DNA of 64,000 bases. Source: Chloroflexota bacterium. GTDB taxonomy: Bacteria > Chloroflexota > Anaerolineae > Aggregatilineales > Phototrophicaceae. Under the pieces are notes generated by a model. It had not been told where the DNA came from. It worked only from the letters and a program-made list of their open reading frames with translations, and did not search any database. This document shows positions 54,119 to 62,674 of the stretch, piece by piece (positions within the stretch are counted from its first letter, which is position 1; each line of letters begins with the position of its first letter). Where the stretch lies: NCBI GenBank assembly GCA_028875245.1, contig JAPPEU010000033.1, positions 24,992 through 88,991 of the forward strand, read 5' to 3'. The position numbers were made by a program, and so were the translations under genes.

Positions 54119-55483
54119 ATGGCGCAAGCGAACTTCAGCAACCGCACCGTCTGGGTGGGCGACAACCTGCATGTGATGCGCGGGATCAACTCGGCCTGCA
54201 TCGACCTCATTTACCTCGACCCGCCCTTCAATTCCAATCAGGATTACGCCGCGCCCATCGGTTCGATCGCCGCCGGCGCCGCTTTCAAAGACACCTGGAC
54301 GCTCTCCGATATTGATGTGCATGAGCATGGCGAGCTGGCCGACCGCAACCCGGCCGCCTACAGCGTCATCGAAGCGGCCCGCAACGCCTCGGGCAAGAGC
54401 ATGATGAGTTATCTGATCATGATGGCGGTGCGGCTGATTGAGATGGAGCGGATTCTCAAACCGACCGGCAGCATTTATCTGCATTGCGACCCGACGGCGA
54501 GCCATTATCTGAAACTGCTGATGGATGCGGTCTTCGGGCGCGAGAATTTCCGCAACGAGATTATCTGGAAACGGACGAATACTAAGGGTGATGCCCGAAA
54601 GAACTTGCCGAAGAATCATGACATTTTGCTGCGCTATTCAAAATCAGAATCATGTACGTGGAATCCAGTTTATGTTCCGCATGACCGAGAATATATTGAT
54701 AAGTTTTATCGATTCGTTGAAGAAGGTACGGGCAGGAGGTATAGACTCGGCGACTTGACCAGTCCGCAAAAGAACCGCCCAAACTTGACCTACGAGTTTC
54801 TCGGTGTGACGCGCGTCTGGCGCTGGACAAGAGAAAGAATGCAAAAGGCTTATGAAAACGGCATCGTTATCCAAACCAAGCCAGGAAATGTGCCGGCCGT
54901 AAAGAGGTATCTTGATGAGCAGAAGGGCACTCAACTGGGAGGAGTTTGGACGGACATCAAGCCAGTACAGTCGCAGGCAAAAGAACGACTAGGCTATCCC
55001 ACTCAAAAGCCTGTAAAGCTGCTTGACCGCATCGTCGAAGCCAGCAGCAACGAAGGCGACATCGTCTTCGATCCCTTCTGCGGCTGCGCGACGACGCTGG
55101 TGGCGGCTGACCGGCTGGAGCGTCAATGGGCGGGCATTGACCTGTCGCCGCTGGCGGTCAAGCTGGTCAACGAGCGCATCCGCGAAGATAGGGGCGCATT
55201 ATGGGGCGGCGCCAACGTGGTCGACACCCTGCCCAAGCGCACCGACCTGGGCGCGCTGCCCAATTATCGCAGTCATCGGCATCGGCTTTATGGCGAGCAG
55301 GAGGGGGTCTGCCGCGGCTGCGATACGCATTTTCCCTTCAAGGTGATGGAGGTGGATCATCTGCTGCCGCGGTCGCGCGGGGGGACGGATCATGTGGAGA
55401 ATTTGCAGCTGCTCTGCAGTCATTGCAACCGGAGCAAGGGAAATCGCACGATGTCGGAGTGGCGGGCGGAGCGGTCGGCTTAG
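54119..55483 (+). CDS. beta-class N6/N4 DNA methyltransferase fused to a C-terminal HNH endonuclease
   Basis: 'IYLDPPFNSN' and 'VFDPFCGCATT'. C-terminal 'CRGCDTHF...EVDHLLPRSRGGTDHVENLQLLCSHCNRSKG'. Homologous over its methyltransferase part to 13666..15393. Confidence 0.85.
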   Translation: MAQANFSNRTVWVGDNLHVMRGINSACIDLIYLDPPFNSNQDYAAPIGSIAAGAAFKDTWTLSDIDVHEHGELADRNPAAYSVIEAARNASGKSMMSYLIMMAVRLIEMERILKPTGSIYLHCDPTASHYLKLLMDAVFGRENFRNEIIWKRTNTKGDARKNLPKNHDILLRYSKSESCTWNPVYVPHDREYIDKFYRFVEEGTGRRYRLGDLTSPQKNRPNLTYEFLGVTRVWRWTRERMQKAYENGIVIQTKPGNVPAVKRYLDEQKGTQLGGVWTDIKPVQSQAKERLGYPTQKPVKLLDRIVEASSNEGDIVFDPFCGCATTLVAADRLERQWAGIDLSPLAVKLVNERIREDRGALWGGANVVDTLPKRTDLGALPNYRSHRHRLYGEQEGVCRGCDTHFPFKVMEVDHLLPRSRGGTDHVENLQLLCSHCNRSKGNRTMSEWRAERSA

Positions 55484-55755
55484 CTTTCTTGCTCCATGTG
55501 TTCTCGGCGGCGATACATGCCAGTAAGCATGGCGGTCAAGTCGATGCCTTCGTCCAGATCATCCCAATAGATATTGAGGCCAAACAACTCGTATTTTTTT
55601 CGCTGCTCGTCGGTGGCGTTCTGCAAACGAGGATAGAATTTCAATGGAAGGCTAATCACTCGACCATCCGCAAGTGACACTCGCGCAAACTTCTTGCTGA
55701 AAGTCACCTTTTTTGCCGCGCACCGGACGGGGTTCACCAGCGGCATCAGATCCAT
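55480..55755 (-). CDS. DUF2442-like small protein
   Basis: GGAGGGGAGG RBS. 'FARVSLADGRVISLPLKFYPRLQNAT..QR..YEL...GLNIYWDDLDEGI' matches the usual DUF2442 pattern. Confidence 0.6.
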   Translation of the reverse strand: MDLMPLVNPVRCAAKKVTFSKKFARVSLADGRVISLPLKFYPRLQNATDEQRKKYELFGLNIYWDDLDEGIDLTAMLTGMYRRREHMEQES

Positions 55756-56008
55756 TGCTTAACCTCCCCTCCTCGTGTCCTTCGCTTTTCGGGATGCCAT
55801 GGTAATCGTCCCATTGTGCCAACAATCTGTCCTTGTGCTTCGTCACTAACTTCCGTATCCGTTTCAGATCTGTCGCTTTGAATCCAGGATTCTCCCCAAA
55901 TTCGATAGGATCCAAAAAGACTCTTATGTCCATATTGTCCTTCCACACGTGGACATGAGGCGGTTCATGATCATCTGGATATACAGCGACATTGTAACCA
56001 TGTTTCGC
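55652..56008 (-). pseudogene. DUF4160-like gene lacking a normal N-terminus/start codon
   Basis: In-frame 'YPDDHEPPHVHVWKDN' (DUF4160 hallmark). There is an in-frame TAA at 56009..56011 and no ATG before the motif. The only starts are the GTG at 55948 and a later ATG. The 3' end overlaps the DUF2442 gene by ~100 nt. Confidence 0.45.
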
Positions 56009-56260
56009 TTAAAAAGTAGTTTAACCAAATTCAATTCCTTGATGCAAGAATACTATGCGGACCACTATACACAACAGGACTGAAAATTACGCTAGAGGCG
56101 CCTTTGATTTTCGAAAGAATCGATATCGCAGTAATTACCTGGCGGAAATCCACATTTCGCCACGGGCCTCTGATTGCTAGCGGCAGCAGGTCTTTCACGC
56201 ATTATTCTATCTGAAATCGCGTATCGCAACATTACTTTGGCGCATCCCCCACAATTGCTT

Positions 56261-56332
56261 TTCTCTCGGTGACCTCGGTAGCAAAAGACCCTCTGCGCCC
56301 TCTGTGTTTCTTCTCTTCCTCATGTGGTGAAA
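56261..56332. repeat. degenerate octamer-repeat module ending ATGTGGTGAAAAA
   Basis: TTCTCTCGGTGACCTCGGTAGC...CCTCTGCGCCCTCTGTGTTTC...TGTGGTGAA. Confidence 0.6.
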
Positions 56333-56408
56333 AAACTAAGCACGTGCGCGCCAATCCCATCTGCGCTACATTAGTACCATCTCCACATCACCCGCAAAGG
56401 ACAAGCCC

Positions 56409-57572
56409 ATGCCCGCACGCAGCCCCATGCACCAGCAGATTGACACCTTGCCCGATCTCGTCCGCGCGATCGTCAAGCCATTTGACGCCTCCGCCCGCCG
56501 GGCTTTCGATTTCGAGACTTGCGCATCGGTCAAGCGCATTTATCTGGTCGGCTGTGGCGACAGCCATCATGCCCCGGTCGGCGCGGAGCTGGCATTTCAT
56601 CAGCTGACTGGTGTGCCGACGCAGGCCATGAGCGCGCTGCCCTTCAGCCGCTACACCGCCGGTTACCTGCCCGACACGGGACCCAAGACCAACCTGGTCA
56701 TCGGCGTTTCGGTCTCGGGCGAGGTCAGCCGCACGATTGAGGCGCTGGATATGGCGCGTTTGGCCGGCGCGACCACCGTCGCCTTGACGGGCAACCCGGC
56801 GGGCCCGCTCAATGGCGTGGCGCAGGCGCTCTTCGAGACGGCGGTGCCGCCGCTGCCGGATGAGCTGGCGGGCATGGTGGTGCCGGGCGTGCGCTCCTAT
56901 TTGGCGTCGCAGATTGCGCTGCTTTTGGCCGCCCTGCGCATCGCCGAGGTGCGTGGCAGCATGAGTACGCGGGCTGCCGATGCCGAGCGCGCCGCCATCG
57001 CTGAGCTGGCTGATGTGATTGAGGAGACGATTCAAGTCTGCGAGCCGATCGTAAATGAGTTGGTGGATGCCTGGGGGAACGCGCCGCTGTTCGAATTCGT
57101 GGGCGCCGGTCCGCTCTATGGCGTCGCCATGTTCAGCGCGGCCAAAGTGTTGGAAGCCAGCGGTGACAGCGCCCTGGCCCAGGAGACGGAGGAATGGTCG
57201 CATTTGCAGTATTTCGTTGAAGCGACGAATATCCCGACGATTCTGCTTTGCGCGAATGGCTTTGACGCCGACCGCATGGCGGAGGTGGCGCGGGCCGCTC
57301 AAAGCATCGGCCGCCCGTTGGCGCTGGTCTCGACCGAAGCGGCGCGGGAAATCCGCGGCTATGTCAAGACGCTGCTGCCGATCCCGCGGGAGGCGCCGGA
57401 GCGCTATGCTTCGGTGGTCTACAGCATCCCGGGCGAGCTCTTCGCGGCGGCGCGGGCGCAGGCGATCGGCGCGCCTTACTTCCGCAATTTCGAAGGCGGC
57501 CGCCGGCCGGATTGGGCGGATGGCGCCAGTCAAATCCGTTCCAGCCACATGATTACGGAGTTGAAGCGCTAG
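56409..57572 (+). CDS. double-SIS-domain sugar-phosphate isomerase/deglycase-like protein
   Basis: 'IYLVGCGDSHHA', 'GVSVSGEVSRTIEAL' and a second SIS half 'FEFVGAGPLYGVAMFSAAKVLE'. Confidence 0.8.
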   Translation: MPARSPMHQQIDTLPDLVRAIVKPFDASARRAFDFETCASVKRIYLVGCGDSHHAPVGAELAFHQLTGVPTQAMSALPFSRYTAGYLPDTGPKTNLVIGVSVSGEVSRTIEALDMARLAGATTVALTGNPAGPLNGVAQALFETAVPPLPDELAGMVVPGVRSYLASQIALLLAALRIAEVRGSMSTRAADAERAAIAELADVIEETIQVCEPIVNELVDAWGNAPLFEFVGAGPLYGVAMFSAAKVLEASGDSALAQETEEWSHLQYFVEATNIPTILLCANGFDADRMAEVARAAQSIGRPLALVSTEAAREIRGYVKTLLPIPREAPERYASVVYSIPGELFAAARAQAIGAPYFRNFEGGRRPDWADGASQIRSSHMITELKR

Positions 57573-57589
57573 CGGCTATAATTGGAAAT

Positions 57590-58609
57590 ATGATGAGCAT
57601 TTGGAAGCCAAATAGACGGCGGCGCTCCAATTCGCGCAACCTGAGGATGTGGATGATCCTCCTGACGCTTGCCGCTTCCGTCGTTTTCGCTGTCTTATCG
57701 CAACCCGAAGATCAGAGGCCTGGCGCAGCCCGGGGCAGCGCGCCCCGCCGCCCGGCCGCCACGCCCATCCGCGCGACGCAAAAGCCGGCCCTTAGCGCAA
57801 CCGTTCAGCGCGCAGAGCCCGAGGCTGAATCGAGGCAAAGGGGCTGCTATCCACACCGCCAGGCTTGGGTCAACGGCAAGATGAATATCCGGGGTCGCCC
57901 GTCCGCTTCCGCCCCGATACTGGGCACAACGCCGCCCGGCGAAGGCTATGCGGTGGTAGCCAGCCATCAAGGCGATGTCTACTGCTGGCTTAATATTGAT
58001 CTCGGCTGGATCGCGGTGACGCAATTCGTCAGCCCGGACAAAGCGCAGGCGCGCGCATCGGGGTCCTCAGCAAGATCGTCAACGGGCACCGCATCGCCTG
58101 TTCCGGCACAACCGGCGATCAATGCCGCCGTCCAGGGGGCGCTCAACAGACTCAAGGCGCTTGTCGTCGCGCGGGAGCATCGCTGTTCGCCCTATGACCG
58201 TGACGACTATTCTTATCCGCAATCGGTCGAGCCGCAGATCGTCAACCGCATGGGCGGCCGCATTTATGGTCCTTACACCGGCGCCCTATTCAGCAGCACA
58301 AAGGAAACAGACATCGAGCATATCGTGGCGGCATCAGAAGCGCATGACAGCGGATTATGCGGCGCCGGAGCGCGGACGCGCAAAGCCTTCGCCCGCGACC
58401 TGCTGAATCTCACGCTGGCCTCGCCCAGTGTCAACCGACATCAGAAGAGCGGCAAGGATTTTGCGGAATGGAGACCCGCGCTGAACAAGTGCTGGTTTGC
58501 GGACCGCGTCATCAAGGTCAAAACGAAGTACAAGCTCACGATCGACAGCGGCGAGAAAGCGGCGCTGCAGCGAACGCTTGCGTCTTGTCCGTCGGTGGAG
58601 ATGCGCTAG
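57590..58609 (+). CDS. membrane-anchored SH3b-domain protein with C-terminal DUF1524/HNH-like nuclease motif
   Basis: N-terminal helix MWMILLTLAASVVFAVL. 'VNGKMNIRGRPSASAPILGTTPPGEGYAVV' is SH3b-like. 'DIEHIVAASEAHD...NLTLASPSVNRHQK' resembles the GmrSD C-terminal/DUF1524 His-Me motif. Confidence 0.55.
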   Translation: MMSIWKPNRRRRSNSRNLRMWMILLTLAASVVFAVLSQPEDQRPGAARGSAPRRPAATPIRATQKPALSATVQRAEPEAESRQRGCYPHRQAWVNGKMNIRGRPSASAPILGTTPPGEGYAVVASHQGDVYCWLNIDLGWIAVTQFVSPDKAQARASGSSARSSTGTASPVPAQPAINAAVQGALNRLKALVVAREHRCSPYDRDDYSYPQSVEPQIVNRMGGRIYGPYTGALFSSTKETDIEHIVAASEAHDSGLCGAGARTRKAFARDLLNLTLASPSVNRHQKSGKDFAEWRPALNKCWFADRVIKVKTKYKLTIDSGEKAALQRTLASCPSVEMR

Positions 58610-58646
58610 GGCGCGACCGTAGTAACCCAGGTGGCGAAATAGACCC

Positions 58647-59564
58647 ATGACTAGGCCTGATTATCTAGCGATCGGCAGCATCATCATCGACGACATCGTC
58701 TATCCCGACGGTCGCACGAGCATGGGCGTGCTGGGCGGCGGCGGCAGTCACGCGGCTTACGGCATCGCCTTCGCTGGCGAGAAGCCGGGGCTGGTCGGTT
58801 TGGTCGGCGAGGACCTGCCGGGCGATATCCGCGCGCGCCTGGAAGCCGATTTCGAGCCTGCCGGTCTCGTCTGGACGCGGCATCCGCAGCTGCGCGGCTG
58901 GCAGATATTCGAGTGGAACGGCGTCCGCAACGAGATCTTCCGCGTCGAGGTCGTTGAGCCATTTATGTATGGTCCGGCCGCCGACAGCGCCGCCGTGCCT
59001 TTCGAGAGCGTGCGCGGTTTCACGCTGCTGCGCGCGCCGGAGCATGTCGCCGGTTGGCGCGCCCGCTACCCGGAGGCGGTGCTGCTCTGGGAACCGGTGC
59101 GCATTTTCATGCTCAGCGCCGAGCGCGAAGCCTTCCTGGAGGGCGTCAAACCGGCCGATATCGTCTCGCCCAACCTGCACGAAGCGGGGACGATGTACGG
59201 CATCGAGGACGAAATCGAGATCATGCGCCGGATGCTGGCCGATGGCGTGAAGGTGGCGGCCCTGCGCATGGGCGAGCTCGGCTCATTGGTGGCGCGGGCG
59301 GGCGATGGGCGCGCCTATTACATCCCCGCCGTCGAAGTGGCTGAGGTGGTCGATCAAACGGGGGCGGGCAATACCTATTGCGGCGGCTTTTTGGTCGGCT
59401 GGTGCCGCGGGGGCGATGTCGTGACGGCGGGCTGTTATGGCGCGGCGGCGGCGTCTTTCACGCTGGAGGCGGTCGGCTGCGCGCGGATGCCGGCGGAGCT
59501 GGCGCTGGAGTGGGCGCGCAGGTTGGATGAAGCGCGGGCCGGGGTGCGGTCCGTAGCGCTCTGA
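58647..59564 (+). CDS. PfkB-family kinase-like protein with GAGN instead of GAGD
   Basis: 'AIGSIIIDDIV' and 'VVDQTGAGNTYCGGF'. The AAT codon is at 59370..59372. Confidence 0.75.
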   Translation: MTRPDYLAIGSIIIDDIVYPDGRTSMGVLGGGGSHAAYGIAFAGEKPGLVGLVGEDLPGDIRARLEADFEPAGLVWTRHPQLRGWQIFEWNGVRNEIFRVEVVEPFMYGPAADSAAVPFESVRGFTLLRAPEHVAGWRARYPEAVLLWEPVRIFMLSAEREAFLEGVKPADIVSPNLHEAGTMYGIEDEIEIMRRMLADGVKVAALRMGELGSLVARAGDGRAYYIPAVEVAEVVDQTGAGNTYCGGFLVGWCRGGDVVTAGCYGAAAASFTLEAVGCARMPAELALEWARRLDEARAGVRSVAL

Positions 59565-59647
59565 GATTCCATCTATGAAGCTCGGGGCCGTCTGTGCCTC
59601 CTTATTGATGAATCTGCAAAGTGCCATCTGCAATCGTAGCGAAATTT

Positions 59648-59821
59648 GTAGGGGCGAGAGACGGTCAGTGTCTACGCGACCCTTGTCTCGCCCTACGAGC
59701 TCGCGATATCGCATGGACGGGCGTTTCAGCGAAACGCCCCTACAGCTTCCTTTTGTCGGGGATCCGTAATTTTGTGTGAGCCACGTCGTGACCTGTGAGG
59801 GGCTGTGCGCAAATCATCCGT
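59648..59821. repeat. composite repeat block plus ~75-bp module, copy 1 of the asnB 3' duplication
   Basis: GTAGGGGCGAGAGACGGTCAGTGTCTACGCGACCCTTGTCTCGCCCTAC..GGGCGTTTCAGCGAAACGCCCCTACAGCTTCC...TGAGCCACGTCGTGACCTGTGAGGGGCTGTGCGCAAATCATCCGT. Confidence 0.75.
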
Positions 59822-59919
59822 ATGTTCCTGGCGCACAGCGTCAACTTGCTGACGTACCCAAACCAGGAACGCCAAAACGCCGCTTGCCACGCCCACCAGA
59901 GCGGCAAGCGAAGTGAGGA

Positions 59920-60072
59920 TTACGAGATCCACGTATGCCCGCTCAGGAGAAGAACGCTCAAAACCGCGAACAATATGGCCAAGTAGAACGACAGGATTAT
60001 GACCAAGGCGAAGAATGCAGTGGGAATCTGTCGGCGACGCCTTTCCAAAGAATTGTCCACATCGCTCATCAT
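59920..60072 (-). CDS. candidate 50-aa single-pass membrane peptide (MMSDVDNSLERRRRQIPTAFFALVIILSFYLAILFAVLSVLLLSGHTWIS)
   Basis: Not in the supplied track because it is under 60 aa. GAGGAC RBS 5 nt before ATGATG at 60072. Basic N-terminus plus one long hydrophobic helix. Lies inside a low-GC cargo flanked by direct repeats. It competes with the 163-aa track ORF in another frame. Confidence 0.3.
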   Translation of the reverse strand: MMSDVDNSLERRRRQIPTAFFALVIILSFYLAILFAVLSVLLLSGHTWIS

Positions 60073-60189
60073 TTGAGTCCTCTACAACTTCAGTTTGATT
60101 ATATCCATTCATGGCGAAGCAATCAAGAATTCCTTCGCTCCACCCTATACTATGAGCCACGTCGTGACCTGCGAGGGCTTGTGGTGAAA

Positions 60190-62070
60190 TCATCCGTCCA
60201 CAAACTGACGATGCCATTCCTCCAGCGTGAGCAGGGCCCAGAGCTGCCGATTGTGATCACGCGCGCCCGCTTCGTGCTCGGCGATTAAACGCTCGACCGC
60301 CGAGATCTCCAGCAAGCCGCGTTCGCGCGCCCGCCGGCTGAGCAAGAGCTCGCGCATTGGCGCCATATCGCGCCGGAGCCAAGCGCCCAGCGGTACGCCA
60401 AAGCCGTGCTTTTTCCGGTCGATGATCTCGGGGGGGAGCAAGCCCTGCGCCGCCTCTTTGAGAATATGCTTGCTGCGCGAGCCTTTGAGCTTGAGGTTGA
60501 ATGGGATGATGGCGGCGGATTCAGCGAGCTCATGATCAAGGAAGGGGGCGCGCGTTTCCAGCGAGGCGGCCATGCTGCAGCGGTCGGCTTTGATCAGCAG
60601 GTCGTCGGGCAGATAAGACCGCATATTCGCTTGCACAAGTTCGGCGACAGGCTGAGTTTGGCCGGGATTCATATAGGCATTCATGGTCGGCTGAGTTGGA
60701 TCGGCCTTGGGGCAGATATCCGCCAGCAGCGTCGCATCGAAAATGCGGACCAGGTCGAAATAAGCATCCGCCAACCCTTGACTCGCCGCCCGCGCGAAAC
60801 GACGGGCGCGCTTGATCGGGTCATAGTAACCGGTTCCCTCTGGCAAGCGCCGGAGCAATTCGGCCGCGCCGCGCAGAAACGGCCCCGGCATGAATTGGAG
60901 CTTTCGCATCAGATCGACGGCGTAGAAGCGCTCATAGCCGGCGAAGAGCTCATCGCCGCCATCGCCGGTCAGCGCGACCGTCACCTGTTCGCGCGTGAGC
61001 TTGCTGACCAGGTAGGTGGGGATGGCGCTGCTATCGGCGAAGGGCTGATCGTGATGCCGGACCAGGTCGGAGAGCAGGCTCAATGCCTCGGGCTCGACGC
61101 GGAACGTGGAGTGCTCGGTCTCGAGATGGCGGGCGACTTTCTCGGCGTAGAGGCTTTCGTCGAAGGTCTCATCGCCCGCGAAGCCGATGCTGAAGGTTTT
61201 GATGGCGCTGTTGCTGCCCCGGCGCATCAGGGCGACGATCAGGCTGCTGTCGAGGCCGCCGCTCAAAAAGGCGCCCAGCGGCACATCGCTGATCAGGCGC
61301 AGTTTCACCGCTTCCGCCAGCTGTTCGCGCAGATCGCCGACATAAGTCGCCGCCTTGGCCGCCGGTTCGGGGGGCGCGAGCGGGGGCAAGTCCCAATAGC
61401 GCTGCTCCCGCGTCGCGCCGGATGGCTCGACATGCAGGGCACTCGCCGGTTGAAGCATGTGTATGCCGGCGAATGCGGTCTGTGGCGCTGGCACATAGCC
61501 GAAACTCAGGTACGCAGCCAGCGCGCGCCGGTCATCTCCCTCGAAGCGGGAGACGCGGGGTATAGCGGGATGCGCCAATAGTGCCTTGATCTCGCTGGCG
61601 AATGCGAAGACCTTGTTGTTCGCATAATAATAGAGCGGCTTCTGGCCGAAGCGGTCGCGCGCCAGGAGCAGGCGCCGCCGCCGCCCGTCCCAAAGCGCCA
61701 GCGCGAACATGCCGCGCAGGTGCTTCAGCGCGTCGGGGCCATGATCCTCGTAGAGATGAGCGATCGTTTCGCCATCGCCATCGGTTTTGAAGCGGTGCCC
61801 GCGCCCCATGAGCTGGCGGCGCAGCGCGCGATAATTGTAGATTTCGCCGTTGAAGATGAGGACAACGGAGCCGTCTTCGCTGCTGAGCGGCTGATCGCTG
61901 CCGGCGATGTCGATGATTTTCAGGCGGCGCATCGCCAGACCGATGTTTCCGTCGCTGAAATAACCAGCGCCGTCGGGACCGCGATGAGCGAGCCGCTCGT
62001 TCATGCCCGTCAGCAGCGCGCGACTGACCGGCTTTCCGTCGAAATGGATGACGCCGCAGATTCCGCACAT
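60190..62070 (-). CDS. asnB: asparagine synthase (glutamine-hydrolysing)
   Basis: N-terminal 'MCGICGV' Ntn-amidotransferase nucleophile. 'SGGLDSS' PP-loop. 626 aa. Confidence 0.9.
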   Translation of the reverse strand: MCGICGVIHFDGKPVSRALLTGMNERLAHRGPDGAGYFSDGNIGLAMRRLKIIDIAGSDQPLSSEDGSVVLIFNGEIYNYRALRRQLMGRGHRFKTDGDGETIAHLYEDHGPDALKHLRGMFALALWDGRRRRLLLARDRFGQKPLYYYANNKVFAFASEIKALLAHPAIPRVSRFEGDDRRALAAYLSFGYVPAPQTAFAGIHMLQPASALHVEPSGATREQRYWDLPPLAPPEPAAKAATYVGDLREQLAEAVKLRLISDVPLGAFLSGGLDSSLIVALMRRGSNSAIKTFSIGFAGDETFDESLYAEKVARHLETEHSTFRVEPEALSLLSDLVRHHDQPFADSSAIPTYLVSKLTREQVTVALTGDGGDELFAGYERFYAVDLMRKLQFMPGPFLRGAAELLRRLPEGTGYYDPIKRARRFARAASQGLADAYFDLVRIFDATLLADICPKADPTQPTMNAYMNPGQTQPVAELVQANMRSYLPDDLLIKADRCSMAASLETRAPFLDHELAESAAIIPFNLKLKGSRSKHILKEAAQGLLPPEIIDRKKHGFGVPLGAWLRRDMAPMRELLLSRRARERGLLEISAVERLIAEHEAGARDHNRQLWALLTLEEWHRQFVDG

Positions 62071-62168
62071 GTCGAGCGGTCCTCGCTTTGAATCAGCCGT
62101 ATGGTATTATGTACTGTAAAGGCTGCGCAAGATCTCATGCGAAGCCACTCTCACCTAGCAAAGTTTTG

Positions 62169-62197
62169 TTGACCAATGGTCAGAACCGCGTTATGCT
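62169..62197 (+). promoter_or_regulatory. sigma-70-like promoter TTGACC-17-TATGCT for the small gene at 62221
   Basis: -35 at 62169..62174, 17-nt spacer, -10 at 62192..62197. GGGAGG RBS at 62210..62215. Confidence 0.45.
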
Positions 62198-62220
62198 GCG
62201 GACAATTATGGGAGGCGCTT

Positions 62221-62469
62221 ATGGTCGCCGAAGCAAAATCCGGTCAAGACGTCGAACGACTGGCAGTTATCGAAACTCGGATGGACTCATTCGTCGCGAA
62301 GGATCAACACGAACGCGACAACGGCGACATTAAGGTTGCCCTCGCCCAACTCCGTGGCGAAGTCAACAATCTGCGAACCGATATCAAGAATCTCACCTGG
62401 CAGATTGCGGTGGTAGTCGCCATCCTGTCCAGCATCATTTCCTTCCTGGTAAGCAGAATCCCCATTTAG
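62221..62469 (+). CDS. small coiled-coil protein with C-terminal transmembrane helix (XhlA-like topology)
   Basis: GGGAGG RBS 5 nt before the ATG at 62221. 'LAQLRGEVNNLRTDIKNLTWQIAVVVAILSSIISFLV'. Lower GC than its flanks. Confidence 0.5.
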   Translation: MVAEAKSGQDVERLAVIETRMDSFVAKDQHERDNGDIKVALAQLRGEVNNLRTDIKNLTWQIAVVVAILSSIISFLVSRIPI

Positions 62470-62490
62470 CCGGCGACGCCAACCGGCGGT

Positions 62491-62529
62491 TTTCCGTCGA
62501 AATGGATGACGCCGCAGATTCCGCACATG
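62491..62529 (-). repeat. orphan duplicate of the asnB start (ATG + 13 codons)
   Basis: 39 nt identical to 62033..62071. It reads MCGICGVIHFDGKPPVGVAG, then stop. Confidence 0.85.
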
Positions 62530-62674
62530 ACTTTAGTCTAGCACCTGGATGGCGTTGCCTATCATACAGCGCGCGCCGCCGGATTACCCAATCTATTGAA
62601 GCGGCAGTGGCGTTAATGTATGGCTCGCTGTCATAGTTTTTGCGTCGGTGTAGTCGCTGGTATGAGGAAGGAAA

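Noticed and set aside
59726-60217. 163-aa minus-strand ORF across the asnB-downstream cargo
   Set aside because: It runs through both copies of the 45-nt repeat and into the REP block, has no RBS at its start, and has a patchy composition. The 50-aa ORF with a good RBS in another frame is a more plausible product. This is not settled.
59777-62529. Integron-type gene cassettes (attC sites) as an explanation for the small-gene insertions
   Set aside because: No integrase or attI is present. The cassettes have their own promoters and mixed orientations. The flanks are direct duplications of host sequence rather than imperfect-palindrome attC sites.
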